NCBI GenBank assembly: GCA_049942965.1
Contig: CP188088.1
Span: 1 to 32,000, forward strand
Origin: Candidatus Saccharimonadota bacterium
GTDB taxonomy: Bacteria; Pseudomonadota; Gammaproteobacteria; Enterobacterales; Enterobacteriaceae
DNA: 32,000 nt
Direction: 5' to 3'
Within the stretch, counting starts at the first letter, position 1. Each line of letters opens with the position of its first letter. Made by a program: the position numbers and the translations under genes. Positions 18,601 to 30,525 of this stretch are shown one piece after another. The notes beneath the pieces are model-generated. The model was not told where the DNA came from. It did no database searches and saw only the letters and a list, made by a program, of their open reading frames with translations.

Positions 18601-20046
18601 ATGTCATCAATTCTACCAAATGATAATATAAGAAGACTGATAGATAATACAAGCAATTTTCGTAATTTTTCCTCTACAAATATAGATAAAGAAAGATTAA
18701 TAAGAAAAGAAAATAACAAAGTTAATAATTTAGAACAAAAAACTAATTCTTCAGTTATTGTGGATGATAATTTTGTTCCTTCTGATAATTCATTAATTTA
18801 TTCTGAATCAAATCCAACAAAAAATATAAAAAATGAAAATGTTGATTCTAACGACGTTACTTTAAATTTAGAGAATTTTTTAGTTCATTTTAATTCTTTT
18901 TTGTCTAAAGATATTATGAAACAAGGTTTTGAAAATATTTTTGATAACATTATTAATACTGATTTTATTAAAAATAATAACATTTTAGAAAATTTAGATT
19001 TACAAAATACAGACCAAACAAACACTAACGATAGTGATAAAATTAATAAAAATGATACTACTGTTGTTACTAATAATAATAGTTCTTTCAAAAATATTGA
19101 TAAACCAGTTTTCCACGCTAATATTGATGTATTATCGCATAATAAACCTCCTGTTGAGAAACAAGAAATTTCTGATAATAAAAACCAAAAAGAACAAATT
19201 AACAATAATAAAGATTCTATTACTAAGGACAAAAAAGAAGAAGATAAATTTAGTTTTCATACAAAATATGATGTTTTCTTAAAAGATCATGTTTCAATAG
19301 AAGAAATTAAAGACTATGTAAATAAAAATCATCGAGGAAGAATAAACAAAAACTATGATCATGATACTGAATTAACTGATGATTTTCCTGTTGATGATTC
19401 GTTGTCTAAATGTCATAATGATCAAGATCTAACAAGTGTTCAAAATTATTTTTTAGATAAGAATTCTAGTTTTAATACAAAAGATGGCTATTTACCTAAT
19501 TTTTCATTTGGGGATCCTAATGAAATTAGTTGGAAAGGACTTCGTTCATTAAATTTTTCAAAAGATAATTTAGATTATTCTAAAAAATTATATGAAAGAT
19601 ATGAAGGTCTAAAAGGTACTAGCTCGTTAGTTCCTGGATTCATGAATGATTATCAAGATGTAGATTTGAAAGTTAGTCATTATTTAGTACCAAATGAAAC
19701 AAGAGAAGAATTGTTTGAAAAATTTAAAAAATTACTTCCTGATTTAGAAACCAGACAAATGGTATCTACATATGCTAATCAAAAAATACTAGAACCTGCA
19801 TATTTAAAATTGACAAGTTTTGCTCCTGGTTTATTCCGTTATCCTCCAAAAAACATTTCTTTTTCTTATGAAGTTGAACCAACTCATCATGGTTTCTTAA
19901 GACTAATTGTTACTAATAAAACTAAGTTACATATTGTTAATTCAAATAATGAAGACAAAGATTTAACATTAGGTGTAAGAGCTTCAGTAATGTTAAGTAA
20001 ACATAGAATTCCTTGTATAAAATTTTTATATTATTTGCAAAAATAA
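18601..20046 (+). CDS. Hypothetical protein, 481 aa, acidic N/D/S/T-rich N-terminal two-thirds plus a more globular-looking C-terminal ~190 aa; no family recognised
   Basis: This is the longest ORF in an otherwise non-coding 3.2-kb interval. A weak AGGA lies ~14 nt upstream of the ATG. The only competing ORFs are short low-complexity ones inside it. I recognise no conserved motifs, and coding status rests on ORF length in a stop-rich AT genome. Confidence 0.6.
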   Translation: MSSILPNDNIRRLIDNTSNFRNFSSTNIDKERLIRKENNKVNNLEQKTNSSVIVDDNFVPSDNSLIYSESNPTKNIKNENVDSNDVTLNLENFLVHFNSFLSKDIMKQGFENIFDNIINTDFIKNNNILENLDLQNTDQTNTNDSDKINKNDTTVVTNNNSSFKNIDKPVFHANIDVLSHNKPPVEKQEISDNKNQKEQINNNKDSITKDKKEEDKFSFHTKYDVFLKDHVSIEEIKDYVNKNHRGRINKNYDHDTELTDDFPVDDSLSKCHNDQDLTSVQNYFLDKNSSFNTKDGYLPNFSFGDPNEISWKGLRSLNFSKDNLDYSKKLYERYEGLKGTSSLVPGFMNDYQDVDLKVSHYLVPNETREELFEKFKKLLPDLETRQMVSTYANQKILEPAYLKLTSFAPGLFRYPPKNISFSYEVEPTHHGFLRLIVTNKTKLHIVNSNNEDKDLTLGVRASVMLSKHRIPCIKFLYYLQK

Positions 20047-20118
20047 ATAAATATTTTGTATTTGAATTATTTAAATAAATTAATAAAAAAAATATAAATA
20101 TATTTTATGATATTAAAG

Positions 20119-20148
20119 ATCATAGTTCGATTTTTTCCGAACTATGAT
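20119..20148. other. Perfect 11-bp-stem hairpin (atcatagttcg-attttttc-cgaactatgat) in the spacer between the orphan ORF and epmA
   Basis: Inverted repeat checked base by base. It contains G/C pairs in an A/T-dominated spacer. There is no downstream T-run, so a terminator role is unproven. Confidence 0.35.
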
Positions 20149-20239
20149 ACACTGCATGAATAATATTTATTAAATATTTTTTGTATAAATAAAAAAAATC
20201 ATAAAAAAATCATAAAAATAAATTAATTAAAATAACCAT

Positions 20240-21235
20240 ATGAACATTTTATTTAAAAACATAAAACAAAGAGCTGAAATTATATCAAGTATAAGAAAAT
20301 TTTTTTTAAACTTAAACGTTTTAGAAGTAGAAACTCCTTCAATTTCTAATTATAGAACTACTGAAGTTCATTTAAGTTCTTTTAAAACTCATTTAGTTTC
20401 CGAAATAGAAAAAAAATCTCATTGCAAAAAAAAAAAAAAAATGTGGTTAATAACTAGTCCAGAATATCATATGAAACGAATGATTTCAGAAGGTAGTGGC
20501 GCAATATATCAAATTTGTCATAGTTTTAGAAATGGGGAAATCGGAAACTATCATAATCCAGAATTTACTATTCTAGAATGGTATCGTCCAAAGTATAATA
20601 TGTTCGATTTAATTGAAGAGGTAATTTTTTTTTTAAAAAAAATTTTACATTGTAAATTTGTAGAAACAATTTCTTACAGAAACATTTATCTTAACGTAGT
20701 TGGTATTGACCCTTTATTGGTTTCCAAAAAAGATTTAATAGAAAAATCTAAAAATCTTGGAATTCAAGATGATGTTATTTTTTCAAATATTAATTTAGAA
20801 AATAAAACCGAAATAAACAACAATCATTTATTAGAATTAATTTTCTCTTTGGCTATAGAACCTGTTTTAGGACTTAAAAATCCAATTATAGTATATCATT
20901 ATCCTGCTTCTCAGTCTCAAAATTCGACTATAAATTCTGATGATTCTAGGTTAGCTAATAGATTCGAAGTTTTTTTTAAAGGTTTAGAGTTAGGTAATGG
21001 CTGTGAAGAATTAACTGATTTTGATCGTCAAAAAGAAATTTTTGAAAATCATAATTTATCTCGAAAAAAAATAGGATTATCTGTGTATTCAATTGATAAA
21101 TTTTTTGTTAATTCACTTAAAAAAACTAATTTTTTATATTCTGGAATTGCTATTGGGGTAGATAGATTAGTTATGATTTTAACAAATTCAAAGAACATAA
21201 ATAATGTTCTTACTTTTCCAATTAAAAATAGTTAA
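20240..21235 (+). CDS. epmA: Elongation factor P--(R)-beta-lysine ligase (truncated class II LysRS paralogue; GenX/PoxA/YjeA)
   Basis: 331-aa ORF with class II aaRS motifs (TSPEYHMKRM, FRNGE...HNPEFTILEWY, GIAIGVDRLVM) and no anticodon-binding domain. Confidence 0.9.
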   Translation: MNILFKNIKQRAEIISSIRKFFLNLNVLEVETPSISNYRTTEVHLSSFKTHLVSEIEKKSHCKKKKKMWLITSPEYHMKRMISEGSGAIYQICHSFRNGEIGNYHNPEFTILEWYRPKYNMFDLIEEVIFFLKKILHCKFVETISYRNIYLNVVGIDPLLVSKKDLIEKSKNLGIQDDVIFSNINLENKTEINNNHLLELIFSLAIEPVLGLKNPIIVYHYPASQSQNSTINSDDSRLANRFEVFFKGLELGNGCEELTDFDRQKEIFENHNLSRKKIGLSVYSIDKFFVNSLKKTNFLYSGIAIGVDRLVMILTNSKNINNVLTFPIKNS

Positions 21236-21357
21236 TAAAAGATTTTATCTAACTTTAAATTAATTAATTTATTTTTAAATTATTTTAAAAAAAATTATCT
21301 GTAAATGAGATTTTTTTAAAAAAATAATCTATGAAAAAAATTTTATATATAACTAAA

Positions 21358-22116
21358 TTACCAATAGTTTTCTGTAGTAATATGTCCAGGTTTTCTTATT
21401 AAGTTTTTTGTTAATTTTTTTTCTTCTTGTAATATTTTTTTTGTTTCTCTAACCATGTTTGGATTACCACATAGCATTACGTGTGAATTTTTTGAATTAA
21501 TTTTTATTCCAACTTTTTCTTCCAAAATATTATTTTTAATTAAATTAGGTATTCTTTCTTTTAAGTATTTATTATGAAAAAATTTTTCTCTACTAATAAT
21601 TGTAATTATTTGTATTCTTCCTTTATTTTCTTTTTTTATTTTTTTTAATAATGGTAAATAAATTAAATCACTTTTATATCTTACTGCATTAACAACAATG
21701 ATTCTTTTAAATTTCGTTTTCCATATATTATCTTGTAATATCGAAATATAAGGACCAACTCCTGTACCTGTTGAAATCATCCATAAATTTTCACAACTTT
21801 TAATTTTATCTATTGTAAAAAAACCAAACGAATTTTTACTTATTAAGATTTTCTCTGATGGTTTTAAGTTATATAAATAATTAGTTAATTTTCCATTAGG
21901 AATTAATAGAATGTAAAACTCCAAATTTTTTTTTTTTGGAGGATTTACAAAAGAATAAGCTCTTTGAATAGATATTTTTTTGTTTTTATTATCAAAAATA
22001 GCTAATTTAGTAAATTGTCCTGCTATAAAAGGGTCAATAGAAGCATGAATAATTAAAGTAAATAATTTTTCATTCCATTTTTTTATTTTATATATTTTTC
22101 CAATTATCCAATTCAT
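21358..22116 (-). CDS. fpr: Ferredoxin/flavodoxin--NADP+ reductase
   Basis: 252-aa ORF. NWIIGKIYKIKKWNEKLFTLIIHASIDPFIAGQFTKL...QRAYSFVN aligns with the E. coli Fpr N-terminus (DWVTGKVTKVQNWTDALFSLTVHAPVLPFTAGQFTKL...QRAYSYVN). Contains the GTGVGP NADP motif. Confidence 0.92.
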   Translation of the reverse strand: MNWIIGKIYKIKKWNEKLFTLIIHASIDPFIAGQFTKLAIFDNKNKKISIQRAYSFVNPPKKKNLEFYILLIPNGKLTNYLYNLKPSEKILISKNSFGFFTIDKIKSCENLWMISTGTGVGPYISILQDNIWKTKFKRIIVVNAVRYKSDLIYLPLLKKIKKENKGRIQIITIISREKFFHNKYLKERIPNLIKNNILEEKVGIKINSKNSHVMLCGNPNMVRETKKILQEEKKLTKNLIRKPGHITTENYW

Positions 22117-22143
22117 TTTATTTTTTCTCTATTTTTTTGATAA

Positions 22144-22175
22144 TTACCTATCTTAACTGTTTTGAAGATAGGTAA
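22144..22175. other. 11-bp-stem hairpin (ttacctatctt-aactgttttg-aagataggtaa) between hslU stop and fpr start
   Basis: Inverted repeat read directly. There is no canonical T-run on the minus (transcribed) strand, so function is unknown. Confidence 0.3.
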
Positions 22176-22219
22176 AAAATATTCTAAAGGAATTGTCAAT
22201 TATTTTTAACATCTAATGA

Positions 22220-23563
22220 TTATAGAATAAATCTACTTAAATCTTTATTAAATACTAATTTATTTAAATGTTTTCCTACATAAGATGGATCTATTTTAAT
22301 TTCTTCATTTGAACTATATTTTTCTAATCCATAAAAAGAAATATCTTCCATTAATTTTTCTAATATTGTGTGTAATCTTCTCGCTCCTATATTTTCCATA
22401 GATTCATTTACTTTCCAAGCAGCTTCTGCAATAGCTCTTATTCCTTCTTTAGTAAAATTAATATTTATTCCTTCAGTTTTTAAAAGTGCTTTGTATTGAA
22501 CTGTAATAGAAGCATTAGGTTCTGTTAATATCCTTTCAAAATCTTCTATTGTCAATGCTTTTAATTCTACTCTAATAGGAAGTCGTCCTTGTAATTCTGG
22601 AATCAAATCAGCTGGAGTTGCAATTTGAAATGCTCCAGAAGCAATAAATAAAATATGATCAGTTTTTACCATTCCGTGTTTTGTAGAAACAGTACAACCT
22701 TCTACTAAAGGAAGCAAATCTCTTTGTACTCCCTCTCTTGAAACATCTGTTCCATTAGATGAAGAATTTCCTCTCTTACATACTTTATCTATTTCATCAA
22801 TAAATACAATTCCATGCTGTTCTACAGCATTAATTGCTTTTTGTTTTATATCTTCTAAATTGACGAGTTTGGCAGCTTCTTCTTCTACTAATAATTTCAT
22901 TGCATCTTTAATTTTTAGTTTTCTTCTATTTTTTTTTCTACCACTTAAATTTTGAAATAAAGATTGCAATTGATTAGTTAGTTCTTCCATTCCAGGAGGT
23001 GCCATAATTTCAACTCCAACAGGTATTGCAGCAATATTAATTTCAATTTCTTTATCTTTGAGTTGTCCTGCTTGTAGTTTTTTTCTAAATATTTGTATTG
23101 TAGATTCTAGTTTTTTTTCAGATTCATTTTTTTCCCAATTCTGCTTTGGTAATGGAACGAGCACATCTAATATTCTTTCTTCAGCTAATTTTATTGCTTT
23201 TTTTTTATTTTTTTTTATTTCTTGTATTCGAATCATTTTTATAGCTGAATCAGTTAAATCTCTAATTATTGAATCTACTTCTTTTCCAACATATCCTATT
23301 TCAGTAAATTTGGTTGCTTCTACTTTTATAAAAGGTGCATTAGCTAATTTTGCTAATCTTCTAGCAATTTCTGTTTTACCAACCCCTGTTGGTCCTATCA
23401 TTAATATATTTTTTGGGGTAATTTCATTTTTTAGTTCATTATTTAACTGCATTCGACGCCATCGATTCCTAAGCGCAATTGATACTGCTCTTTTTGCAGT
23501 TTCTTGACCAATAATGTATTTATTAAGTTCTTGAACAATTTCTCTAGGAGTCATTTCAGACAT
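22220..23563 (-). CDS. hslU: ATP-dependent protease ATPase subunit HslU
   Basis: The start is placed at the internal Met ([20 protein letters not shown], compared with E. coli [20 protein letters not shown]). This start lies 10 nt after the hslV stop with GGA upstream. Walker [16 protein letters not shown]. The 26-codon upstream extension in the ORF track would overlap hslV and is hydrophobic junk. Confidence 0.95.
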   Translation of the reverse strand: MSEMTPREIVQELNKYIIGQETAKRAVSIALRNRWRRMQLNNELKNEITPKNILMIGPTGVGKTEIARRLAKLANAPFIKVEATKFTEIGYVGKEVDSIIRDLTDSAIKMIRIQEIKKNKKKAIKLAEERILDVLVPLPKQNWEKNESEKKLESTIQIFRKKLQAGQLKDKEIEINIAAIPVGVEIMAPPGMEELTNQLQSLFQNLSGRKKNRRKLKIKDAMKLLVEEEAAKLVNLEDIKQKAINAVEQHGIVFIDEIDKVCKRGNSSSNGTDVSREGVQRDLLPLVEGCTVSTKHGMVKTDHILFIASGAFQIATPADLIPELQGRLPIRVELKALTIEDFERILTEPNASITVQYKALLKTEGININFTKEGIRAIAEAAWKVNESMENIGARRLHTILEKLMEDISFYGLEKYSSNEEIKIDPSYVGKHLNKLVFNKDLSRFIL

Positions 23564-23573
23564 AGAGTGATCC

Positions 23574-24104
23574 TTACTTTTCTGAAGGTAATTCTTTAAT
23601 AAGAATATTATGATTAGTATATATACAAATATTTGCAGCAATATTTAATGATTTTTTTACTATTTCTGATGGTTCTAAATTTGTGTTATCCAATAATGCA
23701 CGAGCTGCTGCTTGTGCGAATGATCCACCAGATCCTATGGCAATTAAATCATCTTCTGGTTGTATAACATCTCCATTTCCTGTTATTATTAATGAATTTT
23801 TATTATCAGCAACAGCAAGTAATGCTTCTAATTTTCTTAAAATTCGATCACTTCTCCAATCTTTTGCTAATTCTATTGCGGATCTTTTTATTTGACCTTG
23901 ATATATTTCTAATTTTTGTTCAAAAAGTTCAAATAAAGTAAAAGCATCAGCTGTTCCACCAGCAAAACCAGCAATAATTTTGTTATGATAAAGTGATCTT
24001 ATTTTTTTTACATTGCTTTTCATAATTGTATTGCCTAAAGTAGCTTGTCCATCACCGCCAATAACTACTTTTTTGTTTTTTCTAAGACTTAGAATTGTTG
24101 TCAT
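23574..24104 (-). CDS. hslV: ATP-dependent protease peptidase subunit HslV
   Basis: 176-aa [23 protein letters not shown] compares with E. coli [20 protein letters not shown] (N-terminal Thr nucleophile). [14 protein letters not shown] is present. Confidence 0.96.
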   Translation of the reverse strand: MTTILSLRKNKKVVIGGDGQATLGNTIMKSNVKKIRSLYHNKIIAGFAGGTADAFTLFELFEQKLEIYQGQIKRSAIELAKDWRSDRILRKLEALLAVADNKNSLIITGNGDVIQPEDDLIAIGSGGSFAQAAARALLDNTNLEPSEIVKKSLNIAANICIYTNHNILIKELPSEK

Positions 24105-24363
24105 AAATAAGATTTCTTTAAGTGTTTTTTTAAATTATTTTTTTATTAAAATTTGGTTAAATTTTAATAAAAAAATAAGCAGTTATCTTTTTCTATATTT
24201 TTTATTATTTAAATTTTATTTAGATTATAAAATTTAATCAATAATTTTTTTTTTAGATTTTTGTTTTGTTTTTAATAAATTCTTAGATTTTTATTTCAAA
24301 ATTAAAATCTATTTTTTTATTTAAATAAAAATAATTAATAATAAAAACATTAAAGGGTTTATA

Positions 24364-24567
24364 ATGAAAAAAAAAATTCATCCGAATTATAGCGAAGTTA
24401 TGGCTTTTTGTTCTTGTGGTAGTAAAAGAAAAATTTTTTCTACAATTGGAAAAAATATTCATTTAGATGTTTGTTCGGAGTGTCATCCATTTTACACCGG
24501 AAAACAAAGAAATGCTGATACAGGAGGTAGAATTGAAAAATTTAATAAAAAATTTAATTTTTTCTAA
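24364..24567 (+). CDS. rpmE: 50S ribosomal protein L31 (zinc-binding type)
   Basis: 67-aa ORF with [13 protein letters not shown]...[12 protein letters not shown]. Confidence 0.94.
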   Translation: MKKKIHPNYSEVMAFCSCGSKRKIFSTIGKNIHLDVCSECHPFYTGKQRNADTGGRIEKFNKKFNFF

Positions 24568-24592
24568 GTTCTAAAAATTTTTAAAAATTGTT

Positions 24593-24665
24593 AGCGGGGA
24601 ACGAGATTCGAACTCGCGACTTCAACCTTGGCAAGGTTGTACTCTACCAACTGAGTTATCCCCGC
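24593..24665 (-). tRNA. glyV: tRNA-Gly (anticodon GCC)
   Basis: The reverse complement reads GCGGGGATAACTCAGTTGGTAGAGTACAACCTTGCCAAGGTTGAAGTCGCGAGTTCGAATCTCGTTCCCCGCT. The anticodon loop is TTGCCAA. Close to E. coli glyV. CCA is not encoded. Confidence 0.93.
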
Positions 24666-24747
24666 ATAAAACATATAAATAAACATTATATGTTAGACAA
24701 TTTTTTTTTGCAAGATAGGTTTCTTTAAAGATTTTTCCTAAATTTAA

Positions 24748-25290
24748 TTAAAATTTAAAAAAATGTTTTCGATAGAATTTCAATTCTTCTATAGATTCAT
24801 AAATATCGATTAATGCCGAGTGAGTTTTTTTTTTTTTAGTTTTTATTTTTTTTGATTTCCATCGGAGCATTAATTCTTTAATTGTACTAACATCGATATA
24901 TCTATAATGAAAATATTGTTCTAGCTTTGGCATATATTTAAATAAAAACCTTCTATCTTGTGCAATAGTATTTCCGCACATTGGAGACATATTTTTAGGA
25001 ACCCATTTTTTTAAAAATTTAATAGTTAAATTTTCTGCTTGATTTTCATTAAAAGAACTATTTTTGACTCTTTTTATTAATCCATTTTTTTTATGCATTT
25101 TTAAAATTGGTTTTTTCATTTTTTTTATTTCTTTTTGTTTCTGAAAAATAGGAATTAGTGGTCCTTCATCTATTATTTTTAATTTACAATTAGTTATTAT
25201 AGTTGCTATTTCAAGTATTTTATTTTTTTCTGGATTTAATCCAGTCATTTCTAAATCTATCCAGATTAAATTTTTTTTATTGATTTTCAT
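24748..25290 (-). CDS. orn: Oligoribonuclease (DEDDh 3'-5' exonuclease)
   Basis: 180-aa ORF. [23 protein letters not shown] compares with E. coli [23 protein letters not shown]. The C-terminal H..ALIDI..S motif is present. Confidence 0.92.
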   Translation of the reverse strand: [180 protein letters not shown]

Positions 25291-25827
25291 TTTTTATTTT
25301 TTTTTTTTTTTTTTAATATAATAACATTTTAGATAAAAAATTTATTGTTAAAAATTTAAAATTGTTAATTAAAAGAAAATCATCTATTTTTTTTAAATAT
25401 TACTTTTTAAGAAAAAATAATTGAAATTAATTTTTTAAAACTAAATTTTTATTAATTTTTTTAATGTTGTTATATAAATAACAATATTTCAATGTTGTAT
25501 TGTTAGCAATTTTTTTTAAAAATATTTTTTTTTTGAGCAATTTTTTTTTAGAAAATTAACTTAGGATTTTTTTTTAAATACTAAAAAAACATTTTCTTAA
25601 GAAAAATCTTTTTTTTAAAATTTACTATTTTAATTTTTTGAAGAAATTTTTTCATTGATAAAAATAAAATTAGTATTTTTTTAAATAAATATAAATTTTA
25701 ATGATAAAATCAAAGTAAAAATAAAAAGAACTTCAATTTATAAAAAATAGAGTTTTTATGATTGCTAAAAAATATTTTTTAATTATTTAAAATTTGATTT
25801 TTTTAAATATTTTATGAGAACTAAAAT

Positions 25828-27483
25828 ATGAAATATATTGATCCTATTTCTACTCAGTCTTGGAAAAAATTAAAATTACATTTTAACGAAATGAAAAATA
25901 TTCATTTAAAAGATTTGTTTAAAGATGATTCTTCTCGTTTTAATAATTTTTCTTTTTTCTTTAAAAATAAAATGTTAATAGATTTTTCTAAAAATAAAAT
26001 TACGAAACAAACAATTACCTATTTGATACAATTAGCAAGAGAGATGAATTTAGAAGAAGAAATTCGATTAATGTTCGACGGTAAAAAAATTAATTTCACA
26101 GAAAATAGATCAGTTTTACATATTGCTTTAAGAGATAAAAATAAAAAATCTATTTTAGTAAATGGAGAAAATATTGTTCCTAAAGTAAATTATGTTTTAA
26201 AAAAAATGAAAAAATTTTCAGAAGAAGTGATTTCAGGTCATATCAAAGGATATACAGGAAAAATAATAACAGATATAGTTAATATTGGTATAGGTGGTTC
26301 GAGTTTAGGACCTAATATGATTATAGATGCTTTATCTCCATACAGAAATCATTTAAATATACATTTTGTGTCAAATATAGATGGTACACATATTAGTCAA
26401 GTTTTAAAAAAAATTAATCCGAAAACTACGTTGTTTTTAATAGCATCTAAAACATTTACCACAGAAGAAACAATGATTAATGCTTATACAGCAAGAAATT
26501 GGTTTTTAGAAAAAACAGGAAATATTCAATTTATTAGCAAACATTTTATAGCATTATCAATGAATTTTTTAGAAGTGGAAAAATTTGGAATAATACAAGA
26601 TTATTATTTTGAGTTTTGGGATTGGGTTGGAGGTCGTTATTCTTTATGGTCTTCAATTGGACTTAGTATAATACTTTCTATTGGTTTTAAAAATTTTGTT
26701 GATTTGTTATCTGGTGCAAATGCTATGGACAAGCATTTTTTGACTTCAGATTTGGAAAGAAATATTCCTGTTATATTAGCATTGATTGGGGTTTGGTATA
26801 ATAATTTTTTCAAATATGAAACAGAAGCTGTTTTTGCCTATGATCAAAATTTGCATAAATTAGCTACTTATTTACAGCAATTAAATATGGAATCTAATGG
26901 TAAATCAGTAAATAGAAATGGAATTAAAGTAAATTGGCAAACAGGACCAATTATTTGGGGAGAAGCAGGAACTAATGGACAACATGCATTTTATCAATTA
27001 ATGCATCAAGGAACCAAAATAATACCTTCTGATTTTATTGCTGCGGTAAATACACATAATAAATTACTTGATCATCATAAAAGATTGTTTTCTCACTTTT
27101 TAGCTCAAACAAAATCTTTAGCTTTTGGAAAATCTATAAAAGCATTAAAAGAAGAATTATTAAATGAAAAGATGGAAGTAAAAGAAATAGACCGAATGAT
27201 TCCATTTCGTATTTTTGAAGGAAACAGACCTTCTAATTCTTTTTTATTCGAAAAAATTACTCCATATAATTTAGGATTATTATTAGCTATTTATGAACAC
27301 AAAGTTTTTACGCAAGGAATAATATTTAATATTTTTAGTTTTGATCAATGGGGTGTAGAATTAGGAAAAAAAGCAGCAAATAATATTTTTAAAACTTTAG
27401 AATCAGATAAAATTTCTGATTCTATTGATTATGATTCTTCTACTAGAAATTTAATTAATACATATTTTTCTTGGATTAGTTAA
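25828..27483 (+). CDS. pgi: Glucose-6-phosphate isomerase
   Basis: 551-aa ORF with [35 protein letters not shown] and QLNMESNGK motifs. Confidence 0.96.
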   Translation: MKYIDPISTQSWKKLKLHFNEMKNIHLKDLFKDDSSRFNNFSFFFKNKMLIDFSKNKITKQTITYLIQLAREMNLEEEIRLMFDGKKINFTENRSVLHIALRDKNKKSILVNGENIVPKVNYVLKKMKKFSEEVISGHIKGYTGKIITDIVNIGIGGSSLGPNMIIDALSPYRNHLNIHFVSNIDGTHISQVLKKINPKTTLFLIASKTFTTEETMINAYTARNWFLEKTGNIQFISKHFIALSMNFLEVEKFGIIQDYYFEFWDWVGGRYSLWSSIGLSIILSIGFKNFVDLLSGANAMDKHFLTSDLERNIPVILALIGVWYNNFFKYETEAVFAYDQNLHKLATYLQQLNMESNGKSVNRNGIKVNWQTGPIIWGEAGTNGQHAFYQLMHQGTKIIPSDFIAAVNTHNKLLDHHKRLFSHFLAQTKSLAFGKSIKALKEELLNEKMEVKEIDRMIPFRIFEGNRPSNSFLFEKITPYNLGLLLAIYEHKVFTQGIIFNIFSFDQWGVELGKKAANNIFKTLESDKISDSIDYDSSTRNLINTYFSWIS

Positions 27484-27856
27484 ATGAACAAGTAAGTATA
27501 TTTTTCGGAAATATTTAAAATATTTAAAAAATTGATTGTTTGCTTATTTTTTATATTTATATTTTTTATATTTAAAGTTTTATCTTTTTATTAATTGATT
27601 TAAATTAAAAGTTTTTTTAATTATATATAAATATTTTTTAAAAATTTACATTTCAGTTCAGATTAAATCAATTAATTGATTTAATTTTTTTAATATATGT
27701 TTAAAACCTAAAATAGTTATGTTTTTGATTTTTTAATTTTTCATTAATAATTAGTTAAAAATTATTTAAATAAATGTCGATAGTATTTTGATTTTTTTAT
27801 AAGATTTCTTGTAAAAAGAAATTTCATATATTTTTTTAAAAGTAATAAAAAATTTT

Positions 27857-28807
27857 ATGAAGATGATAGATGAAAATAAATTGCCAGTCGTTGTATTTAT
27901 TATGGGAACAACGGCTAGTGGAAAAAGTAAATTAGCTATTCAATTATCTAACTTTTTTTCTTGTGATATTATTAGTGCCGATTCAGCTTTGATTTATAGA
28001 GGAATGGATATTGGTACAGATAAACCAGATGATAAAATTTTATTAAATTACCCTCATAAATTAGTTAATATTTGTGACCCAGTTGATATTTATACAGTAG
28101 AAAATTTTAGAAACGATGCTTTAAAAGAAATAGAAAAATCAATTTTTTTTAGAAATCGTATTCCTATTTTAGTTGGTGGAACAATGTTATATTTCAAAGT
28201 TTTATTAAACGGTTTATCTCCTCTTCCTAGTTCAAGTTATTTGTTTAAAACAGACAATAATATTAAATTAAATTCTCAATATTCACATGAGTATTTAAGA
28301 TCTATTGATCCTATTTCAGCTAATAGAATTCATAAAAACGATCAAAGAAGAACATTTCGTGCTATTGAAGTTTTTTTAAAATCTAAAAAAACTTTAAGTA
28401 ATTTATGTTCTAATTCTGTTCCTTATAATTTTCCATATACTGTTTTGCAGTTTTTTTTGTTTCCATTCGATAAAAATTCATTATTTAAAAAAATAGAATC
28501 TCGTTTTAAAAACATGTTAATTTCTGGTTTAGAATTAGAATGTAAAAGATTTTTTTCTAGAGGTGATTTAAATCCTAACTTACCTTCAATGAAGTGTATT
28601 GGATATAGACAAATGTGGAAATATTTTTTAAATGAAATAACGTATGAGGAAATGGTAAATAGTTCAATTATTGCTACTAAAAAATTAGCTAAGAGGCAAA
28701 TTACTTGGTCTAAACGATGGAAAAATTTATTTTTCTTAGATAGTAACAATTTCTTAGGTTCTTTACATTTTATCCGAAAAACTATAAATAAAATGATAAA
28801 AAAATAA
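27857..28807 (+). CDS. miaA: tRNA dimethylallyltransferase
   Basis: 316-aa ORF. [15 protein letters not shown]...[20 protein letters not shown] compares with E. coli FLMGPTASGKTALAI...[28 protein letters not shown] is present. Confidence 0.9.
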   Translation: [316 protein letters not shown]

Positions 28808-29140
28808 ATTTTTTGAAAATATTTTTTTTGGTTTTTGTTTATCTTTTAGATTTTAAAAGACATAAAAATATTTTTGTTTCATTTAGTACAAATAATTTTT
28901 TTTTATGTTTTTAATTAGTTAAATTTATCAAATATATTTAATAAAAAATTTAAAAATATTGTTTTAAATTGTTTTTTATGGAAAAATTTTAAAATATGTT
29001 CTTAATATGGAAAAAATTTTTGTTTGAATATTAAATTCAATATATTGATTATTAGTTATGAGAATGGTTGATAATTAATTTATTAAAAATTTTTCTTTTT
29101 TAAAAAAAAATTTATCTAATCATGAAATTAGGATGTTTAA

Positions 29141-30454
<1,314 letters not shown>

Positions 30455-30525
30455 AAAAAAAGATAATATAATTTATAAAAATAATTTTTGTATATTTTAA
30501 ATAATTATTATCAGGGGAAAATAGT

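Noticed and set aside
18477-19282. ORFs 18477-18719 (-), 18885-19232 (-) and 19034-19282 (+), overlapping the orphan gene
   Set aside because: They are short, hydrophobic and low-complexity, and are nested in or antisense to the much longer 481-aa frame. They are treated as shadow ORFs.
23564-23641. 26-codon N-terminal extension of hslU ([26 protein letters not shown]) given by the ORF track
   Set aside because: It overlaps the 3' end of hslV. The conserved HslU N-terminus [10 protein letters not shown] begins at the internal Met (23563), which has its own GGA upstream.
24105-24363. Search for a sigma-32 heat-shock promoter upstream of hslVU (and promoters in general)
   Set aside because: No CCCCAT-type -10 element is present. 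TATAAT- and TTGACA-like strings occur everywhere in this AT-rich DNA, so promoter calls from sequence alone would be meaningless.
27663-27684. Perfect 22-bp palindrome ttaaatcaattaattgatttaa in the pgi-miaA spacer
   Set aside because: It is almost all A/T. Palindromes of this kind are expected frequently by chance in sequence of this composition, and it has no associated gene or motif.
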